DNA of 64,000 nucleotides, taken from the NCBI GenBank assembly GCA_965220965.1, contig OZ244852.1, positions 1,408,001-1,472,000 on the forward strand, in the 5' to 3' direction. The notes below the pieces were generated by a model that had not been told where the DNA came from, searched no databases, and was given only the letters and a program-made list of their open reading frames with translations. Source of the stretch: Candidatus Marinacidobacterium sp. (GTDB taxonomy: Bacteria > Acidobacteriota > Vicinamibacteria > Marinacidobacterales > Marinacidobacteraceae). The translations under genes were made by a program, and so were the position numbers. Shown piece by piece: positions 32,077 to 42,634 of this stretch (position 1 is its first letter; every line of letters starts with the position of its first letter).

Positions 32077-32730
32077 TCAGAAGGCCGCGAGGCCCAGCGA
32101 AGTCCGGAGCGCCGGAGAGTTCACGATGAGCTCTCCCAGCTCGGTCATCGCGTTCCCGATGGCGGTCTCGACCGCCTGCGCCACGACCTGCGCGCCCTCG
32201 GAGCACCTGCTCCCCCCGCCCGTCTGCACAGAGCTTCCCTGCACGAAATCGCGGATCTGGAGGCCGTCGGCGGTGAATGCCGACACCTGCATCGCGACAT
32301 CGGCGCCCGCCTCGAATCCCCGGAAGAAGCCGGTGCTCACCCCCACTCCGAAGCTGTCGACCCGCACCACGATGACCGCGCCCAGACGACGCGCCTCCAT
32401 CTCCTCGCGGTTCAGCGGCGCCGGAGTGTGCTCCAGTTTCCGGACGAGGCGCTCGAGCGTGCCGACGACCGACGCCTCGAACGACTCCCGCGCGTCCACC
32501 GGGTAGCTGTTGTTCGCGCAGGTGAAGTCCGCAAAGTCGGGGATGCGCGCCTCGAACAGCATCTGGTCGGCGTCCACGAAGACCGCCGCGTCCACCGGCA
32601 GCCCGGCCTCGAAGGCCAGGACCTCGTAGGACGGCGTCGGCTGGACCAGCACGGCGTGGGAACACGAAGCGGCGCCCAGCGCCAGAACAGCGCCGAGAGC
32701 GAACGGAAGCTGACTGCGCTTACGGGTCAC
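32077..32730 (-). CDS. Hypothetical lipoprotein
   Basis: GGAGG SD before GTG 32730; signal peptide ending in the lipobox-like AASC. Confidence 0.65.
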   Translation of the reverse strand: MTRKRSQLPFALGAVLALGAASCSHAVLVQPTPSYEVLAFEAGLPVDAAVFVDADQMLFEARIPDFADFTCANNSYPVDARESFEASVVGTLERLVRKLEHTPAPLNREEMEARRLGAVIVVRVDSFGVGVSTGFFRGFEAGADVAMQVSAFTADGLQIRDFVQGSSVQTGGGSRCSEGAQVVAQAVETAIGNAMTELGELIVNSPALRTSLGLAAF

Positions 32731-32823
32731 GGTGCTTCTCCTCCCTTCGCGGGATCGGTGGGGCGACGGGTCATCTTCGCCGCATGAGTCCAACGCAAGC
32801 AAACCAGGGACCGGACCGCCAGG

Positions 32824-34488
32824 CTACGGCCGCAGGTCCAGAACCGGGTCCTTCTTCCCGGTCATCTCCCAGCGCACCAGCGTGACCGGGATGACGCCGG
32901 ATGCGTAGAACCGGTCGAAGAAGTCCTTCACGCTGAAGTCGTCCCCGTCCTGGATCGCGACTTCGGCCATGAGCTCCTCGATCTGGATCTTGCCGGCGAT
33001 GTAGCTCGTGCCGTAACCCGGCTGGCGCAGGTAGAGGCTCTGCTCGCCGCGGACGAGCGCCCCCTCGGTCAGCCACCCCCTCGGGGTCCACTCCATCGCG
33101 AACCCCACCGCCTCCTCCATGTCGAACTCGCCGCCGTGGAGGTTCAGGCCGCTGATCGCCCGGGCCGCCCGCTGCGCCAGCATGATCCACGTCAGCTCGC
33201 GCGACCTCGGCGACCCCTCGAGCAGCCCGAGGTGCATGAACATTTCCTCGACGCCGGTGGCGAGGCCCTCGGAGCGCGCCTGGAAGATGTTGAAGAGCGA
33301 GGGGACCGCGCGGATCGGGCTCGGGTGCGGGGCCTCGCGCATCGCCGCCAGCTCGATCCAGTGGTGCATGTGCGGCCGGAACGCATCCGGGTCGCGGTAG
33401 TTCACCTCGTGGAAGAAGTTCCGCAGGTCGTCCGGGTTCTCGACCGGCAGGAAGGACCCGTTCACCGCGCGGAGCGCCGGATCCATCCACGGCTCGGTCG
33501 TCTGGACCTCCTCGCGTTCGAGGAACTCCATGTAGCGGTCCACCGACTCGTTGAGCCGCCCGTCGAACTCTTCCGCGGAGGCGATCCGCTCCAGCTCCGG
33601 CAGCGCCCGGTTGCGGTTCTCCTCGAGCAGCATCGACGAGTGGGAGCGCGCCAGTTCGCGGCGCATGAAGGCCAACTGCTCCTCCCACGAGTAGGGCAGC
33701 AGGTGAACGTGCCGCATGACCCAGGTGTATTCGTCGGCGCCGATGCCGGAGGGCCCGGTCCTGGTGTCCGATTCCGCGTCGAGGAACTCCCGGAACCCGT
33801 CGCTCGCCGCGATCCCCGCGGCCACCGCGGCGTCGAGATCGGCGCTCGTCCCCGCGACCCGCTCGCCGAAGGCGGCCAGGTCCGCCGCCTGGTTCCGGAA
33901 CGCGCGCAGCCCGCCGAGCCACAGATCGCGGGCGTTCGAGTCGGCGAGGTTCTCCCTCGCCTGCTCGAGGATCGCCGGGATCGCCCCGATCCGGGCGGCA
34001 AGCTCGGCCGCATCAGCCTCGGACAGCGGGTAGTCGTAGGTCCACAGGTCGATCCAGCCGTGGATCACCGGCCCCTCGTGCGCCGGGACATCGCTCTCCG
34101 CCGAGAAGACGGTGACGTAGAAGGCGGGATCGCGGGCCCACGGACGCCGCACCCGGTGGTCGAAGTCGAGCCCGTTCATCTCACCCCGCACGATGTGCCA
34201 GTCGATCTGTTCGGAGACGCTCCACTCCTCCGGCTGGAGCGCATCGAGCCGCGCCCGCCACGCCGGAAGCTCGGCCGCCTGCCGCGCCATCGCCGCCGCG
34301 GTGTAGTCGGGAACGTGGTCGGTGAACGCGGGACGCTCGAACTCGCGCCACTCGTGGAACAGCTCGACGAGGTCGGCGTGGGTCCCGGGAGCGCCCATCG
34401 GCGCCTCGGGCGCGTCGCCGCCCTCCGGGGCGCAGCCGCCGAGCGCGAGCAGGAGCGGGAGAAGGGCCAAGCGATGCATGCGGGTCAT
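32824..34488 (-). CDS. DUF885 family lipoprotein
   Basis: Lipobox LGGC; SEGLATGVE, QRAARA, PGYGTSYIAGKIQI and FSVKDFFD. Confidence 0.8.
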   Translation of the reverse strand: MTRMHRLALLPLLLALGGCAPEGGDAPEAPMGAPGTHADLVELFHEWREFERPAFTDHVPDYTAAAMARQAAELPAWRARLDALQPEEWSVSEQIDWHIVRGEMNGLDFDHRVRRPWARDPAFYVTVFSAESDVPAHEGPVIHGWIDLWTYDYPLSEADAAELAARIGAIPAILEQARENLADSNARDLWLGGLRAFRNQAADLAAFGERVAGTSADLDAAVAAGIAASDGFREFLDAESDTRTGPSGIGADEYTWVMRHVHLLPYSWEEQLAFMRRELARSHSSMLLEENRNRALPELERIASAEEFDGRLNESVDRYMEFLEREEVQTTEPWMDPALRAVNGSFLPVENPDDLRNFFHEVNYRDPDAFRPHMHHWIELAAMREAPHPSPIRAVPSLFNIFQARSEGLATGVEEMFMHLGLLEGSPRSRELTWIMLAQRAARAISGLNLHGGEFDMEEAVGFAMEWTPRGWLTEGALVRGEQSLYLRQPGYGTSYIAGKIQIEELMAEVAIQDGDDFSVKDFFDRFYASGVIPVTLVRWEMTGKKDPVLDLRP

Positions 34489-34564
34489 GGGCGGACGCCT
34501 CCGGGCGCCGGCCATCGTACGGCCTCGAACCGCTTCCGGCTCCGCGAGCCGGCCGGGAGGCGCC

Positions 34565-35770
34565 TCAGCGCGGGGCCGAGGACCGGAGCGCGGATTCGAG
34601 GGCGTCGCCGAACCGCCGGATGTCCTCGGCGTCGTGGTAGTGCGCGAGCGACGCCCGCACCGCGCCCGCCTCGGGGTCGGCGCCGAGCGCCGAGAGGACA
34701 TCGGCCGCTCCCAGCGTACCGGCCCCGACGCGGGACCCGCCCGCCGCCAGCGCCTCGCCCAGATCCCACCCGGCGACCCGCTCCGCCACGAACGTGAACG
34801 TCGGAACCCGCACCGCCGCGCGGTTCGACTCGCGCTCCCCCAGGACCCGCACTCCCGGCGCGCGACGCAGGAGTTCGAGCATCCGCCGCGACAGGACGCG
34901 CTCCTCCTGGCGGATCGCCTGCATCCCCCGGCGCATCGCCTCCCGCCGGCCGAACCGCTCGGAGGGCGGCGCGACCGGCGCCTCCCGCTCCTCCCCGAGG
35001 CGCTCCACGTAGGCGAGCGACCGGCTCAGCGAAGCAATCGTCGCCGGAGCGGCGGCGCCGTTCAGGCTTCCCCCGGGCGGATCCCGCATCCACAGCGCCG
35101 CCCCCGAGGCGCCGAACAGCTCGTCGAGCGAAGCGATCAGGCCGTCGCACCGCAGATTGCGGAGGTCGAGCGACCCGTGGGCGAGGAAGTGGCTCGCCTC
35201 GCAGACCACACGAACGCCGCTTCCCGCGAGCCGCTGCGCCAGCGGGATGACCTCGTTGAGCGACCCCGAGACCGGGCACGCCTTCGTCTGGACGACGAGC
35301 CGGGTCCGCCCCTCGAGCAGCGGCTCGAGATCCTCGAGCGCCAGCCGGCCGGTCGGGCGCGGCGCCCAGCGGACGAGCCGGACTCCTTCCGGCAGCGCCC
35401 GGCGCCACGCCGACCGCCGAACGTCGGGCTCGGAACCCGAGAGGACGACCGCGTCGCCGGAAGACACCCCGCAGCCGCGCGCGAGGACGTGAACGAGATC
35501 CGCGTAGCGGTCGCTGACCGCAACCTGCTCCTGCGCCCAGTCGGCATTCGTGTTCCAGAACCAGGCGAGCGACTCGCGGAGGTCGGCGAGCGCCTCGGCG
35601 TCGGCGGCCGCCGGCCGGGTCCGGAGCGTCCGGGGAGCGCCGACCGCATCGAAATCGAGCCGGGACGCATCGTCAGGGCCCGAGGGAGCGAAGGCCTCGC
35701 GCACGACCGGAAGGGGCAGGAACATGCTGGGGGCTGGCGCGACCGGTCGACCCGGAACGGTCAGTAGCAT
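34565..35770 (-). CDS. Cysteine desulfurase-like class V fold protein with degenerate active site
   Basis: RTRLVV, PTFTF and GAVRASLAHYHD; the Lys-bearing motif reads SLDELFG. Confidence 0.65.
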   Translation of the reverse strand: MLLTVPGRPVAPAPSMFLPLPVVREAFAPSGPDDASRLDFDAVGAPRTLRTRPAAADAEALADLRESLAWFWNTNADWAQEQVAVSDRYADLVHVLARGCGVSSGDAVVLSGSEPDVRRSAWRRALPEGVRLVRWAPRPTGRLALEDLEPLLEGRTRLVVQTKACPVSGSLNEVIPLAQRLAGSGVRVVCEASHFLAHGSLDLRNLRCDGLIASLDELFGASGAALWMRDPPGGSLNGAAAPATIASLSRSLAYVERLGEEREAPVAPPSERFGRREAMRRGMQAIRQEERVLSRRMLELLRRAPGVRVLGERESNRAAVRVPTFTFVAERVAGWDLGEALAAGGSRVGAGTLGAADVLSALGADPEAGAVRASLAHYHDAEDIRRFGDALESALRSSAPR

Positions 35771-35778
35771 AGAACGCC

Positions 35779-36792
35779 GTGAAGCCCCCCGAAGTTGCCG
35801 CGTTCGACCAGCGCACGGTTTCGAATGTCTGGTCCATGGACGATGGCGATCGCGCCATTCGGGTCACCGGACGCGACCGCGCCGACTTCCTGCGGCGCAT
35901 CCTCGCAGGCGAGGTCCCGGCCCCGGGCGGCCTGGCGAGGACCGCGCTCCTCACCCCCAAGGGCGCGCTGATCGCGGCGGCGACGGCTTCGACAACGACC
36001 GCCGAGGTCGTGCTGGAGACCGAGCCGTCGCGCCGCCAGCCGCTCCTCGCCAAGCTCGATCTCTACCGGATCAGCGACGATGTGAAGTTGACCCCGCTCG
36101 ACGGCGAGGACAACCGGAGCCTGCTCGTCCAGGGTCAGAGCGCCGGCGAGACCGTCGCCGAAGCGCTCGCCGCACTCGGCTGGTCGCTCCCGGAAGGCCT
36201 CGACCCGGGCGGGGCGCCGCCGGGGGCGGGCGTTGACATCCCGGGGGAAGCCGGGGGCGTGTGTCTCGTCCGCCGCCTGTTCCGGCCGTGGCCGGCGTGG
36301 CGGGTGCGCTTTCTGGATGCGCCGGACGCGGCGACGCGGGTCGGGGAGTTCCTCGCCGCCCGACGCGCCGCCGCGGGACCGGAGGAAGACGACTACCTGC
36401 GGGTCGCCGCCGGGGAACCGGCATGGGGGAGCGAGCTGGACGAGGCCTCGCGGGTCGCCGAGTGCGGCCTCGCCGCCCACGCCCGGCTCGGCAGGGGTTG
36501 CTACATCGGGCAGGAGTTCGTCGCCCGCCAGGCCCACCGCGGCCGCATCCCCCGTCTGCTGCGGCGACTCGCCTTCGACCCCGGCCACCCTCTCCCCGCC
36601 CCGCAGTCCGATCTCGGGCTCGACGGCGAGAAAGCGGGACGCCTCACCTCCGCCGCCCGGCCGCCAGAAGGCGGCGCTGGCGCGCTCCCCGGCCTCGGAC
36701 TCGCCATCCTGAACGCCGCGGTCCCACCGGGCGCCGTCGTGACCAGCGAGGCGGATCCGGGCGAATTCCGGGCGCGCGTCCTCCCCGACTGA
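35779..36792 (+). CDS. ygfZ: YgfZ/GcvT-like folate-binding protein
   Basis: IRVTGRDRADFL, LLTPKG and the GCYIGQE signature. Confidence 0.85.
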   Translation: MKPPEVAAFDQRTVSNVWSMDDGDRAIRVTGRDRADFLRRILAGEVPAPGGLARTALLTPKGALIAAATASTTTAEVVLETEPSRRQPLLAKLDLYRISDDVKLTPLDGEDNRSLLVQGQSAGETVAEALAALGWSLPEGLDPGGAPPGAGVDIPGEAGGVCLVRRLFRPWPAWRVRFLDAPDAATRVGEFLAARRAAAGPEEDDYLRVAAGEPAWGSELDEASRVAECGLAAHARLGRGCYIGQEFVARQAHRGRIPRLLRRLAFDPGHPLPAPQSDLGLDGEKAGRLTSAARPPEGGAGALPGLGLAILNAAVPPGAVVTSEADPGEFRARVLPD

Positions 36793-36795
36793 ATC

Positions 36796-38448
36796 ATGCG
36801 AATGACCCTCCGCGCCGCCCTCGCCGCAGCCGTCCTCGCCGGCGCCTGCGCGCCGCCGCCGGCTGACCTCATCCTTCACGGCGGCCGGGTCCACACGCTC
36901 GACCCGGAGCTCGGAACGGTCGAGGCGCTCGCCATCGCCGGCGGATCGGTCGTCGCCGCCGGCCCCGACGGGGAGATCCTTCGCCACCGGGGACCGGACA
37001 CCGAGGTCTTCCCGCTCGAAGGCCAGACGGTTCTCCCCGGCCTCACCGACAACCACTTCCACGCGCTCGGTGGCGGTCCGGGCGTCGATCTCTCGGGCGT
37101 CCGCACGCTCGACGAGCTGGGGCAGGCGATCGCCGCCCGCGCCGCCGACACCCCGCAAGGCGAGCTGGTGGTCACGAACAGCAACTGGCACGAGGGCCAG
37201 CTCCGGGAGCAGCGCCTCCCGCTGCGCGACGACCTGGATGAAGCCGCTCCCGATCATCCGGTGGTGGTCGTCCGGGGCGGGCACGAGTACATCCTGAACT
37301 CCGCCGCCATCGAGCGGTTCGGGATCGCGGAGAACGCCGAGTCGCCTCCCGGCGGCCGCATCGGCCGCTACCCCGACGGCCGGCTGAACGGCGAGCTGGT
37401 GGACCGCGCCAAGGATCCGGTCCAGTTTCCCCGGCCCGAACCGGAAGGCGACCCCATCGACCGGCTCCGCGAGGATCTGCTGACGATGGCCGGCTACGGG
37501 ATCACCGCGCTGCGGATCCCGGGCGGCTCAGCCGAACAGTTCGGGCTCTTCCGCCGTCTCGCGGAGGAGAACCGCCTCCCGATCCGGATCGAGTTCCTGT
37601 TCCGGCTCCGGGGCGACCCGGAGGAGGTTGAAGCGACGGTCGCTTCGTGGGGCGTCGGTCCGGAGTTCGCAACCGGTCTGCTCCGCGTGACCGGGGTCAA
37701 GCTGGGGGTGGACGGTGGTTTCGAAGGCGGCTGGATGCGGGAGCCCTACGAAGAACCGTGGGGCCGCGGCGGAACCTACTTCGGCCTCCAGACGATGCCG
37801 ACCGAGGCCTTCCACGAGACCGTGCGGATCCTGAACCGCTTCGGCTGGCGGGTCGGAACGCACGCAGTGGGCGACGCCGCCATCGACCTCGTGCTCGACG
37901 CCTACGAAGCCGCCCACGACGAAACGCCGATCAGCGACCGCCGCTGGACCATCGAGCACGGGTTCATCCCGGCGCAAGACCAGTTCCAGCGCATGCGCAA
38001 CCTCGGGCTCACCGTCACCGCGCAGCACCATCTCTACGTGGCCGCGCCCAGCCTGGTCGCCTACTGGGGAGCGGAGCGCGCCGCGCTTACGACCCCGGTG
38101 GGACTCTTCGCCGAAGAGGGCATCCCGGTCTCGCTCGGAACCGACTCGCCGGTCATCCCGCACAACCCGCTCGAGGTCCTCTTCCACTTCACAACGCGCG
38201 ACACGCTCTCCGCCGGGATCCAGGGCGAGGAATACGCCGTCTCCCGCGAGGACGCGCTCCGCCACATGACGCGCGGCTACGCGTGGCAGACAGTTACCGA
38301 GACGACAAGGGGCGCGCTCGCCCCCGGCATGGCCGCTGATCTGGCGATCTTCGAGGACGACTACTTCGAGGTCCCGGCGGAGGAGATCCCGGGTCTTCTG
38401 CCCACCCGGACGATCGTGGCGGGCCGCACGGTCCACGTGGCCGAATGA
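36796..38448 (+). CDS. Amidohydrolase 3 (YtcJ-like) lipoprotein
   Basis: PGLTDNHFH, KLGVDG, HAVGDAA, IEHG, GTDSP and GMAADLAI. Confidence 0.9.
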   Translation: MRMTLRAALAAAVLAGACAPPPADLILHGGRVHTLDPELGTVEALAIAGGSVVAAGPDGEILRHRGPDTEVFPLEGQTVLPGLTDNHFHALGGGPGVDLSGVRTLDELGQAIAARAADTPQGELVVTNSNWHEGQLREQRLPLRDDLDEAAPDHPVVVVRGGHEYILNSAAIERFGIAENAESPPGGRIGRYPDGRLNGELVDRAKDPVQFPRPEPEGDPIDRLREDLLTMAGYGITALRIPGGSAEQFGLFRRLAEENRLPIRIEFLFRLRGDPEEVEATVASWGVGPEFATGLLRVTGVKLGVDGGFEGGWMREPYEEPWGRGGTYFGLQTMPTEAFHETVRILNRFGWRVGTHAVGDAAIDLVLDAYEAAHDETPISDRRWTIEHGFIPAQDQFQRMRNLGLTVTAQHHLYVAAPSLVAYWGAERAALTTPVGLFAEEGIPVSLGTDSPVIPHNPLEVLFHFTTRDTLSAGIQGEEYAVSREDALRHMTRGYAWQTVTETTRGALAPGMAADLAIFEDDYFEVPAEEIPGLLPTRTIVAGRTVHVAE

Positions 38449-38511
38449 GCGCACTTCCACCACCCCGCGAGGGCGAGATGGTCTCGCGCGACACCTACGT
38501 TCGCTGCTAGA

Positions 38512-38811
38512 GTGGCCAACCACCGTGACGGCGGTCGCAAGCGCCGCCCAGTCAAGAGCGGAAGGCGGAGGCTGGAAGTGAAGACAGACAACGGCTCCAG
38601 AGAATCCCCAACTCCGGAGACCCGGACACGCCCGAGCGACATCGAAGTCCTTCAGATGCTTCGCGACGCCGCGCGACAGTACGAGGAGAGCATGCGTGTG
38701 GCGGACCTGGCCGATCTTTCTGGGAGCCAGGAGAGCAACTTTCCCAGGTACGAGTGGGATAACCCCATGGGGCTTGTCGTGACAGCACCAAGGTATGGCA
38801 AGCTGGTCTGA
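38512..38811 (+). CDS. Small hypothetical protein overlapping the protease gene
   Basis: 99-aa ORF (start uncertain) whose end overlaps the next start by 17 nt. Confidence 0.5.
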   Translation: MANHRDGGRKRRPVKSGRRRLEVKTDNGSRESPTPETRTRPSDIEVLQMLRDAARQYEESMRVADLADLSGSQESNFPRYEWDNPMGLVVTAPRYGKLV

Positions 38812-39734
38812 TCTTCAGAGCGATCTGGCCGGCATTAAGCCAGAGCAACGGGGTGACGCAGTATCGGAGAGGCTGCGGGAGTCAACTGCTCGTATCGCTG
38901 ACCGCTGTGATCTGAACGTTCTCTACTACGCTTCGAGCTTCCTGCAAAAGCCCCATGTGCCGGGGCTCTTCACCTCGATCAACATGGAGGACATCAATGG
39001 ATTCATGGCCGGGGTTCATGGCCATGACTTCAGCAAGGGACTCCTTTTGATCCTGCACACGCCGGGAGGCCTCGCGGAGGCCGCGCACACCATCGTCGAC
39101 TATCTCCGCAGTAAGTTCTCCGCAATTGACGTCGTGATACCCACCTACGCGATTGTCCGCTGGCACCATGATCGCACTCGGGTGCAACAATATTGTCATG
39201 GGAAGGCAGAGCCAACTGGGGCCAACAGACCCGCAGCTGATTGTCGGGAATCGACCGTTCTCGGCACACTCGATTGTCGAGCAGTTCGATGAAGCCAAGA
39301 CGGACATAGCAGAGGATCCTGTTCTGGCTCACGCCTGGGCTCCCGTGTTGCGTTCCTTCGGGCCTGCGTTGCTTCAAGAAGCCCGCAAGTCGATCTCCTA
39401 TGGTCAGACGCTGGTCGAGCATTGGTTGCGGGAGTACATGTTCTCCGAGCGACCGAACCCGGATGTTCAGGCACGAGCGGTCGCGGAGCACTTCGGTGGC
39501 AGCCGGCACGGGAGTCATGGCAGGCGGATCGGACGCGACGAGGCGCGACGGCAGGGCCTCGAGGTCGTCGATCTCGAGAGTGATCAAGACCTGCAGAATA
39601 AGGTGCTTACTCTCTACCATCTTTCCACAATCGCGTTTGAGAACGGTCCGGCTGCGAAGTTGGTCGCAAGCAGCAACAACCGAATGTGGGTGAAGCACGT
39701 ATCGGACGCTGCCGGTCCCGGCCGGCGCACGTAG
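38795..39734 (+). pseudogene. SDH-family (ClpP/S49-class) serine protease split by a +1 frameshift
   Basis: LILHTPGG...IPTYA in one frame and MSAGTMIALG...SQLGPTDPQ...SHGRRI in the next; removing one T at 39153-39154 restores YAMSAGT. Confidence 0.85.
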
Positions 39735-40095
39735 TCCATGTGAACGGACCCCCAGCGTCGCCTCCCATCGGAGACCGGATCCGCATCCACGCCGGCAACA
39801 AGCAGCTCCGCCTGGAGATCGTGGCGGAGGGACTGGCCGAGGACGACCGCGTGCGAGACCGCCGATTCCAGAATTTCTCGCCGAGGATCCTGGACCTGAG
39901 GGACCAGCAGGTCGTCAACGCTCGCCGGGGCGAGGAGGGGCCGCTCCGCGAGCGTCGTCCGGCCCTGGACCCGCGGGGACCGGGACGGCTGCACCGAGGC
40001 CGCCGGGTGGATGAAGGCCCGGAACGAGCGGCTGCGGGCCATCGCCGCACAGGAGGGATCCACGACGACGCCCCGCGCCCCGCTACACTGACGCC

Positions 40096-41943
40096 ATGTC
40101 GATAACCGGCTACCAGCCTCCGAAGTTCGCGTCAAGACGCCGGTTCCTCACGACAGCGGCCGCCGCCCCCTGGCTTGCCCTGCCCCGCCCGGCGCTGTCG
40201 CTTCCTCCGGCGTACCGCGGGAACCCGCTCGCGCTGTCCGGGACCGACTTCCAGCTCGACGTCGGCGAGCACCAGATCCGGGCCACCAGCCGTTCGCGGC
40301 CGGCGACGCTCGTTCAGGGTTCGCTTCCGGGACCCACGCTGCGCTGGCGCGAAGGGGACGACGTCACGATCCGGGTCCGCAACCGGCTCGACGAATCCAC
40401 CTCGATCCACTGGCACGGCCTGCTCGTCCCCCCGGGGATGGACGGCGTGCCTGGCGTCAGCTTCCCGGGCATCGCTCCCGGCGAGACCTTCACCTACCGG
40501 TTCCGGGTCCGCCAGAACGGCACCTACTGGTACCACTCGCACAGCGGGTTCCAGGAGCAGACCGGCGTCTACGGCGCGCTGATCATCGACCCGGCGGGAC
40601 CGGAGCGGTTCCCGGTGGACCGCGACCACGTCATGGTGCTCTCGGACTGGACCGACGACGACCCCCACCGCGTCTACAACCGGCTGAAGCGGGACTCGGA
40701 GTTCTATCTCTCGAACCGCCGCACGCTGGGGGACCTGGTTCGGGAGGTCCGCGAGCGGGGGCTGGGCGCCACCCGTTCGGACCGGGCGATGTGGGGCCAG
40801 ATGCGGATGAGCGACCGGGACATCTCGGATGTGACCGGCGCCGAATACACGTTCCTGATGAACGGGGCCTCCCCGGATCCGGGCGCCTCCTTCCTCGCCA
40901 ACCCCGGCGAACGGGTGCGGCTCCGCGTCATCAACGCCGCGGCGATGACCTACTTCGACCTGCGGATCCCGGGGCTCAGCCTGCGGGTGATCGCGGTTGA
41001 CGGACAGCCGGTCGAGCCGGTCACGGTGGACGAGCTCCGGATCGGCGTGGCCGAGACCTACGACATCCTCGTCGAGCCGAAGGACGCCGGCCCCTACCCG
41101 GTCTTCGCCCAGGCGATCGACCGGTCCGGGTTCGCATTCGGCTCGCTGGGAGCGGATCCGGCGGCGCGCGCCGAGCCGCCCGCCATGGACCCGCCGACGT
41201 TCCTGACGCACGCCGACATGGGCATGGCCCCGACGGAGGACCACGCCGCTCACGGCGCGCCGGCCGAGCCCGCCGCCCCCATGATGGATCACGGCGAACA
41301 CGCCGGGCACGCCATGCCGATGCAGGGCGGGGAACACGCCGGGCACGCGATGCCGGCGCAGCACGGCGCCCACGGTGGGAACGGAAATTCCGGAGCGCAC
41401 ACCGCGAGCGCGCCGGCCCCGGTCCGGAACCCGGTGGCACTCGGTCCGGGCGTCGACATGCGGGTGGACTTCCCGAAGGACCGCCTCGATGACCCCGGCG
41501 CCGGCCTCCGCAACAACGGTCGCCGCGTCCTGACCTACGCCGACCTGACGAGCACGGAAGTGAGGCCGGCCGACCCGGACCGGGAGATCGAACTCCACCT
41601 GACGGGTTCGATGTGGCGGTATCTGTGGTCGTTCGACGGCATCCCCCGTCGTGATGCGCCGCCGATGCGATTTCGGGAGGGGGAGCGGGTCCGGATGGTG
41701 CTGATCAACGACACCGGCATGAACCACCCGATCCATCTCCATGGCATGTGGAGCGACGTCGAGACCGGCGGCCCCGCCGGAGGCCCCGACGGCGTCGTCC
41801 GGAAGCACACCGTCTCGGTGCAGCCCGCCAGCCGGGTCCGCGCGCTGGTGCACGCCGACGCGCCCGGGCCGTGGGCCTTCCACTGCCATCTGCTCTACCA
41901 CATGCCCGGCATGTTCCGGGAGGTCCATGTCGGTGAGGTCTGA
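40096..41943 (+). CDS. copA: Copper resistance multicopper oxidase CopA/PcoA
   Basis: Tat signal SRRRFL; IHWHG, WYHSH, HPIHLHG and HCHLLYHM; His/Met-rich insert. Confidence 0.93.
   Translation: MSITGYQPPKFASRRRFLTTAAAAPWLALPRPALSLPPAYRGNPLALSGTDFQLDVGEHQIRATSRSRPATLVQGSLPGPTLRWREGDDVTIRVRNRLDESTSIHWHGLLVPPGMDGVPGVSFPGIAPGETFTYRFRVRQNGTYWYHSHSGFQEQTGVYGALIIDPAGPERFPVDRDHVMVLSDWTDDDPHRVYNRLKRDSEFYLSNRRTLGDLVREVRERGLGATRSDRAMWGQMRMSDRDISDVTGAEYTFLMNGASPDPGASFLANPGERVRLRVINAAAMTYFDLRIPGLSLRVIAVDGQPVEPVTVDELRIGVAETYDILVEPKDAGPYPVFAQAIDRSGFAFGSLGADPAARAEPPAMDPPTFLTHADMGMAPTEDHAAHGAPAEPAAPMMDHGEHAGHAMPMQGGEHAGHAMPAQHGAHGGNGNSGAHTASAPAPVRNPVALGPGVDMRVDFPKDRLDDPGAGLRNNGRRVLTYADLTSTEVRPADPDREIELHLTGSMWRYLWSFDGIPRRDAPPMRFREGERVRMVLINDTGMNHPIHLHGMWSDVETGGPAGGPDGVVRKHTVSVQPASRVRALVHADAPGPWAFHCHLLYHMPGMFREVHVGEV
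41290..41370 (+). repeat. GEHAGHAMP tandem repeat in the CopA His/Met-rich linker
   Basis: Two copies of GAACACGCCGGGCACGCsATGCCG. Confidence 0.7.
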
Positions 41944-42634
41944 GCGGGACGACCGCCGCAAACCGGCCGCGCGACGCGCCAGGGCGGCCCTCTTCCTCGC
42001 GGCGCTGCTGTCGATCCCCGTGGCGGGAGCGGCCGACGAGGTGGACGAGGACCCGGTTCTCGTCTGGCTGGGCGCGAACGAAATCTCATGGTTGGCCGGC
42101 GATCACTTCAAAGCCGAGTGGGACGCCGAGGCGTGGATCGGCCGCAGCCGCACGCGGTTCTACGTGCGCAAGGAAGGGCTCGCCGACGAAGACGGCGCCT
42201 CGCTCGGCGATCTGGAGTTCCGGGCGTCCCGCGCCATCGGCCCCTTCTGGAATCTGGTCGGCGGTCTCCGCTCGACCGGCGGCGCCGAGCGTCACCAGAT
42301 GGCGATGTTCGGAGTCCAGGGGCTCGGGATCTACCACATCGAGACGAAGCTGACGGGATTTGCGTCCCCGACGGGACGCGTCGGCGCACGGCTCGAGCTC
42401 CATCAGGAGTGGTACCTCAGCCAGAGCCTGATGCTCAGCCCGGGCGTGGATGTCGACTGGGCCACTGGCGACGGACCGCGCCGTCTCCGCACCGAGGCGG
42501 AGATGCGCCTGCTCTACACGGCGAGACGCGACCTCACCCCGTTCGTCGGTGTCCGGTGGGAATACAAGGACCTCCACGGAACCGGACCCGACCGCGCAGT
42601 CCAGTTCGTCGTCGGGATCGCCGGCTGGCGCTGA
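41927..42634 (+). CDS. copB: Copper resistance protein B (outer membrane)
   Basis: Overlaps copA; WDAEAWIG, SRAIGPFWN, GVQGL and PFVGVRW. Confidence 0.85.
   Translation: MSVRSERDDRRKPAARRARAALFLAALLSIPVAGAADEVDEDPVLVWLGANEISWLAGDHFKAEWDAEAWIGRSRTRFYVRKEGLADEDGASLGDLEFRASRAIGPFWNLVGGLRSTGGAERHQMAMFGVQGLGIYHIETKLTGFASPTGRVGARLELHQEWYLSQSLMLSPGVDVDWATGDGPRRLRTEAEMRLLYTARRDLTPFVGVRWEYKDLHGTGPDRAVQFVVGIAGWR

Noticed and set aside
39740-40090. Possible gene fragment (IRIHAGNKQLRLEIVAEGLAED) before copA
   Set aside because: Codon usage looks coding for about 50 codons, but there is no clear start or recognisable family.
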